In this document: piece by piece, positions 38,930 through 48,162 of the stretch
Position numbering within the stretch: position 1 is the stretch's first letter
Layout of the letters: each line of letters begins with the position of its first letter
Source: Corallococcus exiguus
Lineage (GTDB): Bacteria; Myxococcota; Myxococcia; Myxococcales; Myxococcaceae
DNA: 64,000 nucleotides
NCBI RefSeq assembly: GCF_009909105.1
Contig: NZ_JAAAPK010000002.1
Coordinates: 477,827 to 541,826 of the forward strand
Reading direction: 5' to 3'
Position numbers and translations under genes: made by a program
Notes under the pieces: model-generated
Databases searched by the model: none
Told to the model about the DNA's origin: nothing
Seen by the model: the letters and a program-made list of their open reading frames with translations, nothing else

Positions 38930-39667
38930 TCAGTGTGAGAGCTTCGCGGCGATCCCGTCGAGCATGAATTCCAGTCCCTGATCGAACACCGCGTCCAGGG
39001 ACATCTCCACAGGGTCCTCGACCACCTGGACGGTTCGCGGGAACCGGCCGGATTCGAGCATCCGCTGGTAGTAGGGCCCCACGGTGTCCCGCAGCTCCAT
39101 CCATGCCTTGCCGAAGCGGCGCCCGTAGCGCACCTCGGCGGATTCGCCCTGGACGGCGCCACCGGCGTAGGCACCGACGTTCTGCAGGGTGCGCATGGCG
39201 ATGCCGATGTCCTCGAACCCGGGCTCATCCGTCAACGCGGCCAGCGACACCTCCGTGTACACGAGCGCGTGGGGAACCATGCTGAACCGAGGGCCCTCCA
39301 GGTCGGTGAACCACAGGTGTTTGTGCACGGCCCGCCGAAACTGTTGGGCGACTTCGCGCAGGATCTGGCGCCAGTCTCCGGCGTACAGGCTGTCCGCGAC
39401 CAGCTCCCGATAGAACGCGTCGACCATGAGCTCGTGCAACTCCTCCTTCGAGAACACGGAGCCGCGAAGCCGCTTCGAGTCCACCTTCAGCGCGGCCGCC
39501 ACGGTGCGCAGGGAGACGGCGCCAAGCCCCTTCTTGTCGGCGCGGCTCACGGCCGCCCGTGCGATCGCCTCCCGTCGCAGCGGGACCGTCCCGGGCTCGT
39601 GGGCAGGCTCGGGGCGCTCCCAGATCATGGGCACCTTCTTCGCTGGCGGTAGCAATCTCAGGCTCAT
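38930..39667 (-). CDS. TetR/AcrR-family transcriptional regulator
   Basis: N-terminal HTH (RREAIARAAVSRADKKGLGAVSLRTVAAALKV) and a TetR-like C-terminal helical domain. Confidence 0.65.
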   Translation of the reverse strand: MSLRLLPPAKKVPMIWERPEPAHEPGTVPLRREAIARAAVSRADKKGLGAVSLRTVAAALKVDSKRLRGSVFSKEELHELMVDAFYRELVADSLYAGDWRQILREVAQQFRRAVHKHLWFTDLEGPRFSMVPHALVYTEVSLAALTDEPGFEDIGIAMRTLQNVGAYAGGAVQGESAEVRYGRRFGKAWMELRDTVGPYYQRMLESGRFPRTVQVVEDPVEMSLDAVFDQGLEFMLDGIAAKLSH

Positions 39668-39709
39668 TGCATCGAGTCTTGCTCGGTTCCGGGCCGCAAT
39701 GACAGTGCG

Positions 39710-40288
39710 CTACCGGAGGTTCCGGATGACGCGACAGGGATTGCCGGCGGCGAAGACATACGGAGGAATGTCCCGCGTCACCACGCTGCCCGCGCCAATC
39801 GTGGTTCCCTCGCCGATGGTGACGCCCGGGCAGATGATGGACCCACCGCCAATCCACACCTTCGAACCGATGGTGATGGCGCGGCCCAGCTCCGGACCCT
39901 TGATGCGCTCATCCGGGTCCAGCGGATGCGTGGCCGCGTACACCTGCACGCCCGGGCCGAAGGACACGTCGTCGCCAATCGTCACCGTGTTGCAGTCCAG
40001 GATGACGCACTGGAAGTTCATGAAGACGCGCTCGCCCAGCCGGATGTGCTCGCCGTAGTCGCAGAGGAACGGCGGTTCGATCCACGTTCCGGCGCCCACC
40101 TTGCCCAGCAACTCGGCGAGCAGGCTTTCACGCAGCGGCAGCTCGTCCTCGGTGGACTGGTTGTAGGCGCGCAGGATCTTGCGGGCGCGGCCCCGCTCGG
40201 CGGTCAGCTGCGGGTCCACGGCGACGTACAACTCGCCCGCGAGCATCTTCTCTTTCTCGGTTCGTGCCATGCCCTGAAGAGTAGACAC
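39710..40288 (-). CDS. Sugar (maltose/galactoside-type) O-acetyltransferase, left-handed beta-helix
   Basis: Hexapeptide repeats and a ...NFQCVILDCNTVTIGDDVSFGPGVQVYAATHPLDP... Maa/LacA-type active-site region. Confidence 0.8.
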   Translation of the reverse strand: MSTLQGMARTEKEKMLAGELYVAVDPQLTAERGRARKILRAYNQSTEDELPLRESLLAELLGKVGAGTWIEPPFLCDYGEHIRLGERVFMNFQCVILDCNTVTIGDDVSFGPGVQVYAATHPLDPDERIKGPELGRAITIGSKVWIGGGSIICPGVTIGEGTTIGAGSVVTRDIPPYVFAAGNPCRVIRNLR

Positions 40289-40350
40289 CCGTTCTCCGGG
40301 ATGGTGAACAGCCCGCCTTCCGGCTTCGCGGCCACGGGTGACACCGGCCA

Positions 40351-41148
40351 GTGCGGCCAGCGAGGATGCCGCCCATGAGGATTGAGCGGGTCGAGGAGAC
40401 GCTGGAGCGCATCCGTCGCGAGGTGGAGCGGACGCCGGACGGTGTGCTGGCCTTCGACGGTGACGGCACGCTGTGGAGCGGGGACGTGGGCGACGACCTG
40501 TTCATGGCCCTGCTGGAGCACGGCGGCGTGCGCCCCGAGGCCCGCGTGGCGCTGGAGCGGCTGGGGGCCCGCCACGGCGTGGAGTCGCATCCGGACGCGG
40601 TGACGCTGGCGCACGCGCTGTTCAAGGCGTTCGAGGCCGGGCGCCTGCCGGAGAAGGACACCTACGAGATGATGGCGTGGGTCTTCGCCGGCTGGCACGC
40701 GGAGGAGATGCGCGGCTTCGCCCTCGACGTGGTGGCAAGGCGAGGCGTGGCCGGCCGCGTCCATCCGGAGGCCCGCCGCGTGGTGGAGTGGGCGCGGGGG
40801 CAGGGCGTGGACTGCTACGTGGTCAGCGCATCGCCGCGCGCGGTGGTGGAGGCCGCGGTGCGCGAGGTGGGCATCACGCCTGACTTCGTGGTGGCGTGCA
40901 CACCGAAGGAAGCGGGCGGACGGCTGCTGACGTCTGTCTTCGAACCCGTGCCCTACGGCCCCGGCAAGGTGAACAGCCTGCGGCTGAGGACGAACCGGCC
41001 GCTCTATGCAGCCTTCGGCGACAACGTGTTCGACCTGGAGCTGCTCGCGGCCTCCCGCGTTCCGGTGGCCATCCGCCCCAAGGCTCGGCTGCGTGATCGC
41101 GCGGCGGATCTGCCCGCGCTGGTGCAGCTGCGCCCCGAAGAGGCCTGA
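40351..41148 (+). CDS. HAD-IB family hydrolase
   Basis: LAFDGDGTLW is HAD motif I, with a cap domain of HAD-IB type. Confidence 0.6.
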   Translation: MRPARMPPMRIERVEETLERIRREVERTPDGVLAFDGDGTLWSGDVGDDLFMALLEHGGVRPEARVALERLGARHGVESHPDAVTLAHALFKAFEAGRLPEKDTYEMMAWVFAGWHAEEMRGFALDVVARRGVAGRVHPEARRVVEWARGQGVDCYVVSASPRAVVEAAVREVGITPDFVVACTPKEAGGRLLTSVFEPVPYGPGKVNSLRLRTNRPLYAAFGDNVFDLELLAASRVPVAIRPKARLRDRAADLPALVQLRPEEA

Positions 41149-41246
41149 CGCAAAAACGGGCGTGGAGGAGGCCTCCACGCCCGTCTTACTGAGACATCCA
41201 CGCGCCGCTTCGTGGGTGACCACGAAGCGGCGTCACGTTGGCGCGG

Positions 41247-42992
41247 TCAGCTCCCCGTGACGGGGACGAACTCCACGCGGCGGTTCGCGCTGCGGCCTTC
41301 CGGCGTCTCGTTGGACACGCGCGGACGGTCGGGGCCGAAGCCCTTCGCCTCCAGTCGCGAGCCCGCGATGCCCTTTTGGATGAGGTACTCGCGCACACGG
41401 TTCGCGCGCTGCTGGCTCAGCGTGCGGTTGGCTTCCTCCGGACCGCTGTTGTCCGTGTGGCCTTCAATCCGGACGTTCAGCTTCGGGTTCGCCTTCAGGT
41501 AGGCCGCGATGTCATCCAGCTGCCGCTGCTCGTTCTCCTGGAACTCCGACTGGTTCACCGGGAACTGGACGATGTGCTCCAGCGGCGACGTCGTCTCCGC
41601 GGGCTTCTCCTCGGGCTGGGGCTTGGGCTCCTCGGGCTTGGGCTGTTCCTTCGCGGGGCAGCCACGCTCGGACGCGGGGCCGGCCTCGTTCGGGCAGGCG
41701 TCGTCCTTGTCGGGCACGCCGTCGCCATCCGTGTCCTTCACGGGGCAGCCACGCTCGGACGCGGGGCCGGCCTGGTTCGGGCAGGCGTCGTCCTTGTCGG
41801 GCACACCGTCGCCGTCCGTGTCCTTCACCGGGCAGCCGCGCTCGGACGCGGGGCCGGCCTCGTTCGGGCACGGGTCCTCGCGGTCCACCACGCCGTCGCC
41901 GTCCGAGTCCTTGTCCGGGCAGCCGTTGTTCTCCACGGAGCCGGCCTCCAGCGGGCAGCGGTCGTCCTTGTTGGCCACGCCGTCGCCGTCGTCGTCCTCG
42001 TTCGGGCACTGCTCCGGCGTGTGGCTGCGGCCGGTGCGGCACCGGTCCACGGGCTCGGGCTCGTTCGCGTACGCGATGCCCGCGGCCAGCCGGAACGACG
42101 GCGTGCCCGGGATGTCCGTGAAGCCGTGCCCGCCAATCGCGAAGGCCTCGAAGCCCGCGCCCACCGGCAGCCGCACGCCGCCCAACAACTCCAGCGCCAG
42201 GTCCGACTCCACGAGCGACTCGGCGGCCTGCAGCGCGATTTCGGCGCGCAGCCCCTTGCCGCGCGTGGCCACCACCACGCCCTGCTCCAGCTCCGTGCCC
42301 ACGTCGCGGCCCGGCTCCACTTCACGTGAGCGGATCCGGATGCCCGCGTTGGCGCCCAGCACCACGGGGCCCACCTCGCGGCTGACGGACACGCGGGGCG
42401 CGAACTGGAACCCGGCCCAGCCCGCCTGACGGCCGAACGCGTCCGCCGTGCCTCCCGGCAGCCCGATGTCCAATCCCAGGCCCAGGAACACCGGCGCGCC
42501 TTCCTCGCGCCGCAGCAGCTCGTAGCGCACGCCCAGCTCCGGCGTGCCCAGGCCGAACGAGTCCGGCTCGCTCACGCCCACCAGCTGCTCCGCGCCGTGA
42601 CCGCCCTGCGCGATGATGACGGGCAGCTTCGCGGAGAACTCCAACCGGTCCACCGGCGACCACGCGCCGGCCAGCCAGCCCGCGGTGCGGTAGTGGAGGA
42701 TGGAGCGCTCCAGCCCGTCACTGCCCTGGAGCAGGAGGATGCCGCGCTCGTAGTTGACCATGAGGAGCAGGCGGTAGCCGCCCTCGGGGAGCACGCGGCC
42801 GGTGTCCACCAGCATCGAGTCCGTCGCCGCCGGCGTGAAGCGCAGGCGCTCCAGGTCCAGCGGCCTGAGCGGGCTCGTGGTGGTCTGCCCGAACGCGGCG
42901 GGGGTGACGGCGGTGGCCAGCAGCGCGGCCAGCGCCCAGCTCTGAGCCTTCGTACGCAAGGGGAGGTCCATTCGAGAAAAGAGGGAGCGCAT
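41247..42992 (-). CDS. OmpA-family outer-membrane protein with thrombospondin type-3 (TSP3) calcium-binding repeats
   Basis: Signal peptide. Repeated DxDxDGxxDxxDxC units (DKDSDGDGVVDREDPCPNEAG, repeated about five times). The C-terminal OmpA peptidoglycan-binding domain is (GHTDNSGPEEANRTLSQQRANRVREYL). Confidence 0.85.
   Translation of the reverse strand: MRSLFSRMDLPLRTKAQSWALAALLATAVTPAAFGQTTTSPLRPLDLERLRFTPAATDSMLVDTGRVLPEGGYRLLLMVNYERGILLLQGSDGLERSILHYRTAGWLAGAWSPVDRLEFSAKLPVIIAQGGHGAEQLVGVSEPDSFGLGTPELGVRYELLRREEGAPVFLGLGLDIGLPGGTADAFGRQAGWAGFQFAPRVSVSREVGPVVLGANAGIRIRSREVEPGRDVGTELEQGVVVATRGKGLRAEIALQAAESLVESDLALELLGGVRLPVGAGFEAFAIGGHGFTDIPGTPSFRLAAGIAYANEPEPVDRCRTGRSHTPEQCPNEDDDGDGVANKDDRCPLEAGSVENNGCPDKDSDGDGVVDREDPCPNEAGPASERGCPVKDTDGDGVPDKDDACPNQAGPASERGCPVKDTDGDGVPDKDDACPNEAGPASERGCPAKEQPKPEEPKPQPEEKPAETTSPLEHIVQFPVNQSEFQENEQRQLDDIAAYLKANPKLNVRIEGHTDNSGPEEANRTLSQQRANRVREYLIQKGIAGSRLEAKGFGPDRPRVSNETPEGRSANRRVEFVPVTGS
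41640..41935. repeat. Tandem ~90-bp direct nucleotide repeats encoding the TSP3 units
   Basis: gcagccacgctcggacgcggggccggcctcgttcgggcaggcgtcgtccttgtcgggcac... recurs three times, nearly identical at the nucleotide level. Confidence 0.8.
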
Positions 42993-42995
42993 GTC

Positions 42996-45900
42996 TCAGT
43001 TCCCCCGGGCCGGGTTCTGACGGCGACGCGACGAGCCCCAGGCCGCCAGCGCGGCGAGGAGCGCCAGCGCGGACGTGGTGCCACCGGTGCTGTTACAGCC
43101 ACCGCCAGCGATCTCCACGACCTGCGCCTGGACCCGGACCTGGAACGTGCACTGCGCGGTGTTGCCGGCCGCATCCGTCGCGGTGACGGTGACCTGCGTG
43201 GCTCCCGCCGGGAACTCACTGCCCGACGCGGGCGAGGACGTCACGGTCGGATTGGCTGTCACCGCGTCCGTGGCCGTGGGCGTGAACGTCACCTGCGTGT
43301 TCGGCGCCACGGTGATGTCCGCGGGGCAGGTGAGGGTGGGCGCCGTGGTGTCCTGCACCGTCACCTGGAACGTACAGGTGAGGCCGGTGGAGGTCGCGGT
43401 GACCGTCGTGGTGCCAATCGGGAACAGCGCGCCCGACGGCCGCGAGTAGCTCACCGGGAGCCCTCCCGCCGGTTCCAGCACGGCGGGGTCGTAGGTCACG
43501 AGCGCGCCGTCCGGATCCGTCGCCTCCACGGAGAGGTTCGTGGGGCAGGTGAGGGTGGGGGGGGCCGTGTCCTCCGTCACGTTGAGGGTCACGGTCGCGA
43601 TGTTGCTGTCGTCGGCGCAGTCACGGACCCGGTAGGTGAAGCTGTCCGTGCCCACGAAGCCGGGGTTGGGGGTGTACTCGAGCGTCCCCTGCGCGCTGGT
43701 GCCGAGCGTGCCGTGCTGCGGCTGGGTGACCGCGGTCCAGCTCAACACCTGGCCGGGGTCCTGATCCGTGCCGGCCAGGGCGATCGCCGTGACCGTGTCC
43801 TTCGGAACGACGACCGTCTGGTCCGCCGCCGTCGGAGGACGGTTGGCGACGACGGTCACCATCCGGCCGCCAGAGATGGCGTTGGCGAAGACAGTCAGCC
43901 CGTAGGTGCCCACCGGCACGTCCGCGGGGACGGTCACCGTCGCGCGCGTGGCCGAGGTGTTGCTGGAGGGAAGCGTCCAGAGACGCCCGCCTTCCGCGGC
44001 GCGGAACCGCACCAGGGGGAAGTCGGTGGAGGAGTCCGAGTAGCTGCCGCTGCTGCCTCCGGAGATGCCCCGGAACAGCATGCCCTCCAGGACGGTGGGG
44101 CAGGCCGCGACGAGGGTCACCGGAATCGTCACCGTGGGCCGCCACGCGGGCTGGGCGCCGTTCTCGTTGAACAGCTCCGCGTCGGGCGCGCCCACGCCTC
44201 CCACGAGGAGGGCCTCGCCTGAAGGCAGGGCGGTGGAGATCAGCCCTCCGCGTGTGGTGGGGTCCGCGACGGTCGTGAAGATGCGCAGCTGGGGATCGAA
44301 GATCTCCGCGGTGTCGACGTACGCGCCCAGGTCGGTCAGGCCGCCCGCGATCAGGACCTTGCCGGAGGGCAGCAATGTGGCGGTGTGGTGATAGCGCGAC
44401 TGCGAGAGCGAGCCCACCGGAGTCCAGGTGTTCGTGGCGGGGTCGTACAGCTCCGCGGACGTGAGGTACGTGAGGCCCACGAGTCCTCCCGCCGCCAGCA
44501 CCTGGCCCGAGGGCAGCAGCGTCAGCGTCAGCTCGTCCCGGATATCGTTGAGGTTCGCTGCGGGGGCCCAGGTGTTCGTGGCGGGATCGTACAGCTCCGC
44601 CGAGGCCGTCTCCGCGCCGGTGTTGTCATGGCCGCCAGCGACGAGCACCCTGCCGTCATGGAGCAGCACCGCGCCGTGGCCTGCGCGCGCGACGCTGGGA
44701 GGCGACGCCGTGCTCCAGGTGTTGGCGTCGGGCGAGTAGAGCTCCGCGGAGGCGAGCACCGAGGCGTTGCGCTGTCCGCCGGAGACGAAGACCCGGCCAT
44801 CCGGAAGGAGCGTGGCGGAGTGGAGGTGCCTCGTGCCGAGGAGGTCGGCGGTGGGCAGCCAGGTTCCGGTGGTGGAGTCGTAGCGTTGGGCGGAGGCCGT
44901 CGAGACGCCCGCGTTGCGGCCACCGGCGACCAGCACCTGGCCGGAGCGCAGGACGGTCGCGGTCGCGCGCTCGCGGGGCACGGCGAGCGCGGGCGCGGCG
45001 CTCCAGCTGTTGCTCGCGCGGTCATACACCTCCACCGCCGCCGAGGAACTGACGCCACGGCCTCCCGCGACGAGCACCTGGCCGCCAGGCAGCAGCGCAA
45101 CCACGGGATCCGTCCGGGGCGTGCCCATGGCGCCGGCCGGGGACCACTGGCTCGCGGCGGGGTCGTAGACCTCCGTCTGCGCGAAGAACGTCGTGCCGGG
45201 GAGCTGGGCGAACCCGCCCGTGACGAACACCTTGCCCGAGGGCAGCAGCGTCGCGCTGTGGTTCTCGCGGGCGGTGTTCATCGTGCCCGCGGCGGTCCAG
45301 GTGCCGGTGGCGGGGTCGTAGATCTCCGATTCGATCTGCGCCACCCTGGAAGTGTTGGAACCGCCGGTGACGAGGACGCGGCCATTGGGCAGCAACGTGG
45401 CCATGTGGCTGGCGCGCGGGAACGCGAGGTTGCCGGTCGCGGTCCAGGTGTTGGCGGCCGGGTCGTAGAGCTCCGACTGGGCCGTGACACCGCTCGCGGT
45501 GAAGCCACCCGCGACGAGCACGCGGCCGTCGGGAAGCAGGGTGCTGGTGGAGTAGTGGCGGGCCACCAGCGGGGGTGCGGCGGCGGACCAGGTGCCGCTG
45601 GCCGGATCGTAGAGGTCGGCGCCGGGCACCTCTCCGCTGCCGCTGAAGCCGCTCACCGCGAGCACCCGCCCGTCACGCAGCCGCGTCGACATGTGCGCGT
45701 TGCGGCCCGCGGTCATGGCGCCCGTGGCGGTGAAGGTGTTGGTCGCGGGGTCGTAGAGTTCCGCGGTCGTGAGCCGGACGCCGCCACCGCCGACGCCGCC
45801 CGAGATCAGGACCTGTCCCGTCCCCAGCAGCGTGGCCGTGGGGAGCGCGCGGGTCGTGGACATGTTGCCCGTGGAGGCCCAGGTGTTGGCGACGGGATCA

Positions 45901-46295
45901 TAGAGGCGCCCCCCCTGCGAGCCATCGGTCAGCACCAGCACCCGGCCCGTGGGCAGGAGCACGGCCAGGGTGACGTTGCCCGTGAGGCTGGAGGGGCCCG
46001 CGGAGGCCCAGGTGCTGGTGGCGGGATCGTAGGTCTCCGCCGTGCCCACGAATCCGGACGAGTTGACGCCGTTGACGACGAGCAGCTTCCCGTTGGGGAG
46101 CAGGACGGCCGCGTGTTGCCCGCGTGCCGTCGCCATGGACGGGGTGGCGTACCAGGCCGGTGCCGTCGCGAGACGGGCGTGCGTGGTGCGGATGCCCTCG
46201 GATGCAGCCGGGCGCTCGTTCCCGCCGCAGGAAAGAAGGCCCAGGCTCGCGGCGAACAACAGGAGCCTGCTCCAGACAGCGCGTTGTGACCGCAT
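42996..46295 (-). CDS. Giant Kelch-repeat (galactose oxidase-like beta-propeller) surface protein with HYR/Ig-like domains and MYXO-CTERM sorting tail; lipoprotein signal
   Basis: More than 20 Kelch-like units (…LLPNGRVLVTGG…YDPATNTW…). The C-terminus GGGCNSTGGTTSALALLAALAAWGSSRRRQNPARGN matches the MYXO-CTERM pattern. The N-terminus has LLSCGG lipobox. Confidence 0.8.
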   Translation of the reverse strand: MRSQRAVWSRLLLFAASLGLLSCGGNERPAASEGIRTTHARLATAPAWYATPSMATARGQHAAVLLPNGKLLVVNGVNSSGFVGTAETYDPATSTWASAGPSSLTGNVTLAVLLPTGRVLVLTDGSQGGRLYDPVANTWASTGNMSTTRALPTATLLGTGQVLISGGVGGGGVRLTTAELYDPATNTFTATGAMTAGRNAHMSTRLRDGRVLAVSGFSGSGEVPGADLYDPASGTWSAAAPPLVARHYSTSTLLPDGRVLVAGGFTASGVTAQSELYDPAANTWTATGNLAFPRASHMATLLPNGRVLVTGGSNTSRVAQIESEIYDPATGTWTAAGTMNTARENHSATLLPSGKVFVTGGFAQLPGTTFFAQTEVYDPAASQWSPAGAMGTPRTDPVVALLPGGQVLVAGGRGVSSSAAVEVYDRASNSWSAAPALAVPRERATATVLRSGQVLVAGGRNAGVSTASAQRYDSTTGTWLPTADLLGTRHLHSATLLPDGRVFVSGGQRNASVLASAELYSPDANTWSTASPPSVARAGHGAVLLHDGRVLVAGGHDNTGAETASAELYDPATNTWAPAANLNDIRDELTLTLLPSGQVLAAGGLVGLTYLTSAELYDPATNTWTPVGSLSQSRYHHTATLLPSGKVLIAGGLTDLGAYVDTAEIFDPQLRIFTTVADPTTRGGLISTALPSGEALLVGGVGAPDAELFNENGAQPAWRPTVTIPVTLVAACPTVLEGMLFRGISGGSSGSYSDSSTDFPLVRFRAAEGGRLWTLPSSNTSATRATVTVPADVPVGTYGLTVFANAISGGRMVTVVANRPPTAADQTVVVPKDTVTAIALAGTDQDPGQVLSWTAVTQPQHGTLGTSAQGTLEYTPNPGFVGTDSFTYRVRDCADDSNIATVTLNVTEDTAPPTLTCPTNLSVEATDPDGALVTYDPAVLEPAGGLPVSYSRPSGALFPIGTTTVTATSTGLTCTFQVTVQDTTAPTLTCPADITVAPNTQVTFTPTATDAVTANPTVTSSPASGSEFPAGATQVTVTATDAAGNTAQCTFQVRVQAQVVEIAGGGCNSTGGTTSALALLAALAAWGSSRRRQNPARGN

Positions 46296-46424
46296 CGATG
46301 AAACCCCGATCCGCGAGGGCTGGCGCGACCACGACCGTCGGCCTGCCGCTCGACGTGAACACTCCGGGTTGCGGATTATCAGTGCGCCGGGTGCTGGGGC
46401 AATGCGTGAAAAAATCCGGCGCGG

Positions 46425-47441
46425 TCATCCGCCGCGTGGGTCGTAGATTTTCTCGGGAGGGGCCTCCAGGAAGCGGCGCCACCAGAGACGGGCCTCCTCG
46501 TCGGTGTAGCCGTCCCAGGTGTTGACGTGTGGGAAGGGCAAGAGCCAGGGCTCCAGGAACCGGGCCAGTTCGCGATACGCCGGCAGTGTCTCACCCCGTT
46601 TCGTGTCCCCCGCGAGCGGCTCGGCGCCCAGGCTGATCAGGGCACGGCCTCCGGTGAGCTCCTGGACAGTGGTCTCCGGATGGCTCAGGTGCGAGCGGAG
46701 CGCCTGGATGCCGCCAACGGTTTCGAGCAGGGGTGGGCCCAGGAAATTCAGCCAGTGCACGTCGTCGATCCACGGTCCCAAGCCCCACGTCAGCGGAGGC
46801 GGAACGTGCCAGCCGGGATGCCTGGACAGCTGCTCCTTGAGAAGGGGAAGGAGCTTCGACCTCCCGCGCGTGAATGAGAGCGACAGCCCGGCATGGCCCG
46901 TGGAGAACGGAAGAAGCTCCGCCAGAGACCGTGCCAGTGCAAAGGCCTTCTCGGGCCCCTGAGTCTCCAGGAAGCTTATCGGGAGCTTCACGCTCAGAAC
47001 GCTGTGCTCGGAACTGGGTTCTCTCCATGGGAGCCGAGACTCGAAACTGAATTCGTAGCCATCTGGCTCCGAATGTCCTCCCTTGAGAAGAACCCATGTG
47101 TCGTAGTTCCTCTTGGTCAGGGTCCAAAACCAGAAGGAGTCCTGGTCCATGTCCTCCAGAGGCCCAAAGCGAGCCTTCTCCAACTCCGTGTGGACCTCTC
47201 CCCAGGTGTCAGGAGTGAGTGGGAAGGAATCCTCACTGATGTCGGGATCATAGCCAGAGGTCAGTGCCCCACCACTGGCCGCAATGAATCCAAGATAGGT
47301 GTCGAGGACCTGTCGTAGGACGGGGGCCAACACCCGGTGGTCATGCGGCAGATAGAACACGATGCGCAGGACCAGTTGGACCCGGGGGAGCGTCGTGGAG
47401 AAGTGTTGAAGGAGCGGATACTTATTCACGCAAGACTCCAA
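46425..47441 (-). CDS. Hypothetical cytoplasmic protein; overlaps the 3' end of the upstream lipoprotein gene by 20 nt (candidate immunity partner)
   Basis: No signal peptide; Trp-rich. Translationally coupled to the lipoprotein gene. Confidence 0.45.
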   Translation of the reverse strand: MESCVNKYPLLQHFSTTLPRVQLVLRIVFYLPHDHRVLAPVLRQVLDTYLGFIAASGGALTSGYDPDISEDSFPLTPDTWGEVHTELEKARFGPLEDMDQDSFWFWTLTKRNYDTWVLLKGGHSEPDGYEFSFESRLPWREPSSEHSVLSVKLPISFLETQGPEKAFALARSLAELLPFSTGHAGLSLSFTRGRSKLLPLLKEQLSRHPGWHVPPPLTWGLGPWIDDVHWLNFLGPPLLETVGGIQALRSHLSHPETTVQELTGGRALISLGAEPLAGDTKRGETLPAYRELARFLEPWLLPFPHVNTWDGYTDEEARLWWRRFLEAPPEKIYDPRGG

Positions 47442-48162
47442 ACTGGGGCGTGATGATCGCGGGCTTGCACTTTCCTCTCAGCTCCGCGTAGCGGGACATT
47501 TGTTCACGGGTTCCGTCGTTGGAGAGGGGGTCGCCCTTGCTTTTCAGCGTGCACGGGAACTTGAGGTCGAAAACGCATTGGATCTGGAGTGGCTGGCCAG
47601 TGGCATGAAGGACGATGTCGGGCTTCTTCGAGCCCTTCCATATGTTCGTCATTGTGGGGCCACCTGACGTAGGGGAGGTCCCGTAGCGAGGCTCGATTGA
47701 AACGTTATCGGGAAAGAGTCGACGGACTTCTCTCTGAACGCATGCGAAGGCAACCGCGTGTTTCAACTTCCCCAGCTCTGCTTGCCGCCAAATGGGTTTG
47801 CCGTCCTTGTCGTGCCCCACCACACGAAAGCACTCCTTGTCGTCCGGGTATTTCCCCTGGCCGTACTCACGCTCATTGACGATGAAGTCCGCCTCCTTCG
47901 CGCACTCCACCAGCAGGTGCTCGATGCGGGCCACATCCGCCGCCTCCAGGAGCTTCATCGTGGCGCCCGCGGAAGCCGCTGCCCTCACGGCCTTGTCCAT
48001 CCAAGGCAGGAACGCTTCGTCCCCCGGCTGCGTGTAACAAGTGGGATTGCGAAGGCATCCACTGGTCGCCGAGTCCGTGGTCTGCGCGTACTGCCTTGGA
48101 CCCGAAGCGCAAGACAAGCAGAGCAGGGCCACCAGCCCAGCCAGAAGGCGCAACTCAATCAT
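47422..48162 (-). CDS. Secreted lipoprotein of unknown function
   Basis: MIELRLLAGLVALLCLSCASG is a lipoprotein signal with a lipobox. The internal start was chosen over the ORF start at 48306. Confidence 0.5.
   Translation of the reverse strand: MIELRLLAGLVALLCLSCASGPRQYAQTTDSATSGCLRNPTCYTQPGDEAFLPWMDKAVRAAASAGATMKLLEAADVARIEHLLVECAKEADFIVNEREYGQGKYPDDKECFRVVGHDKDGKPIWRQAELGKLKHAVAFACVQREVRRLFPDNVSIEPRYGTSPTSGGPTMTNIWKGSKKPDIVLHATGQPLQIQCVFDLKFPCTLKSKGDPLSNDGTREQMSRYAELRGKCKPAIITPQFGVLRE

Noticed and set aside
44385-46289. 634-aa plus-strand ORF
   Set aside because: Antisense to the Kelch/MYXO-CTERM gene. The translation is Arg/Gly-rich.
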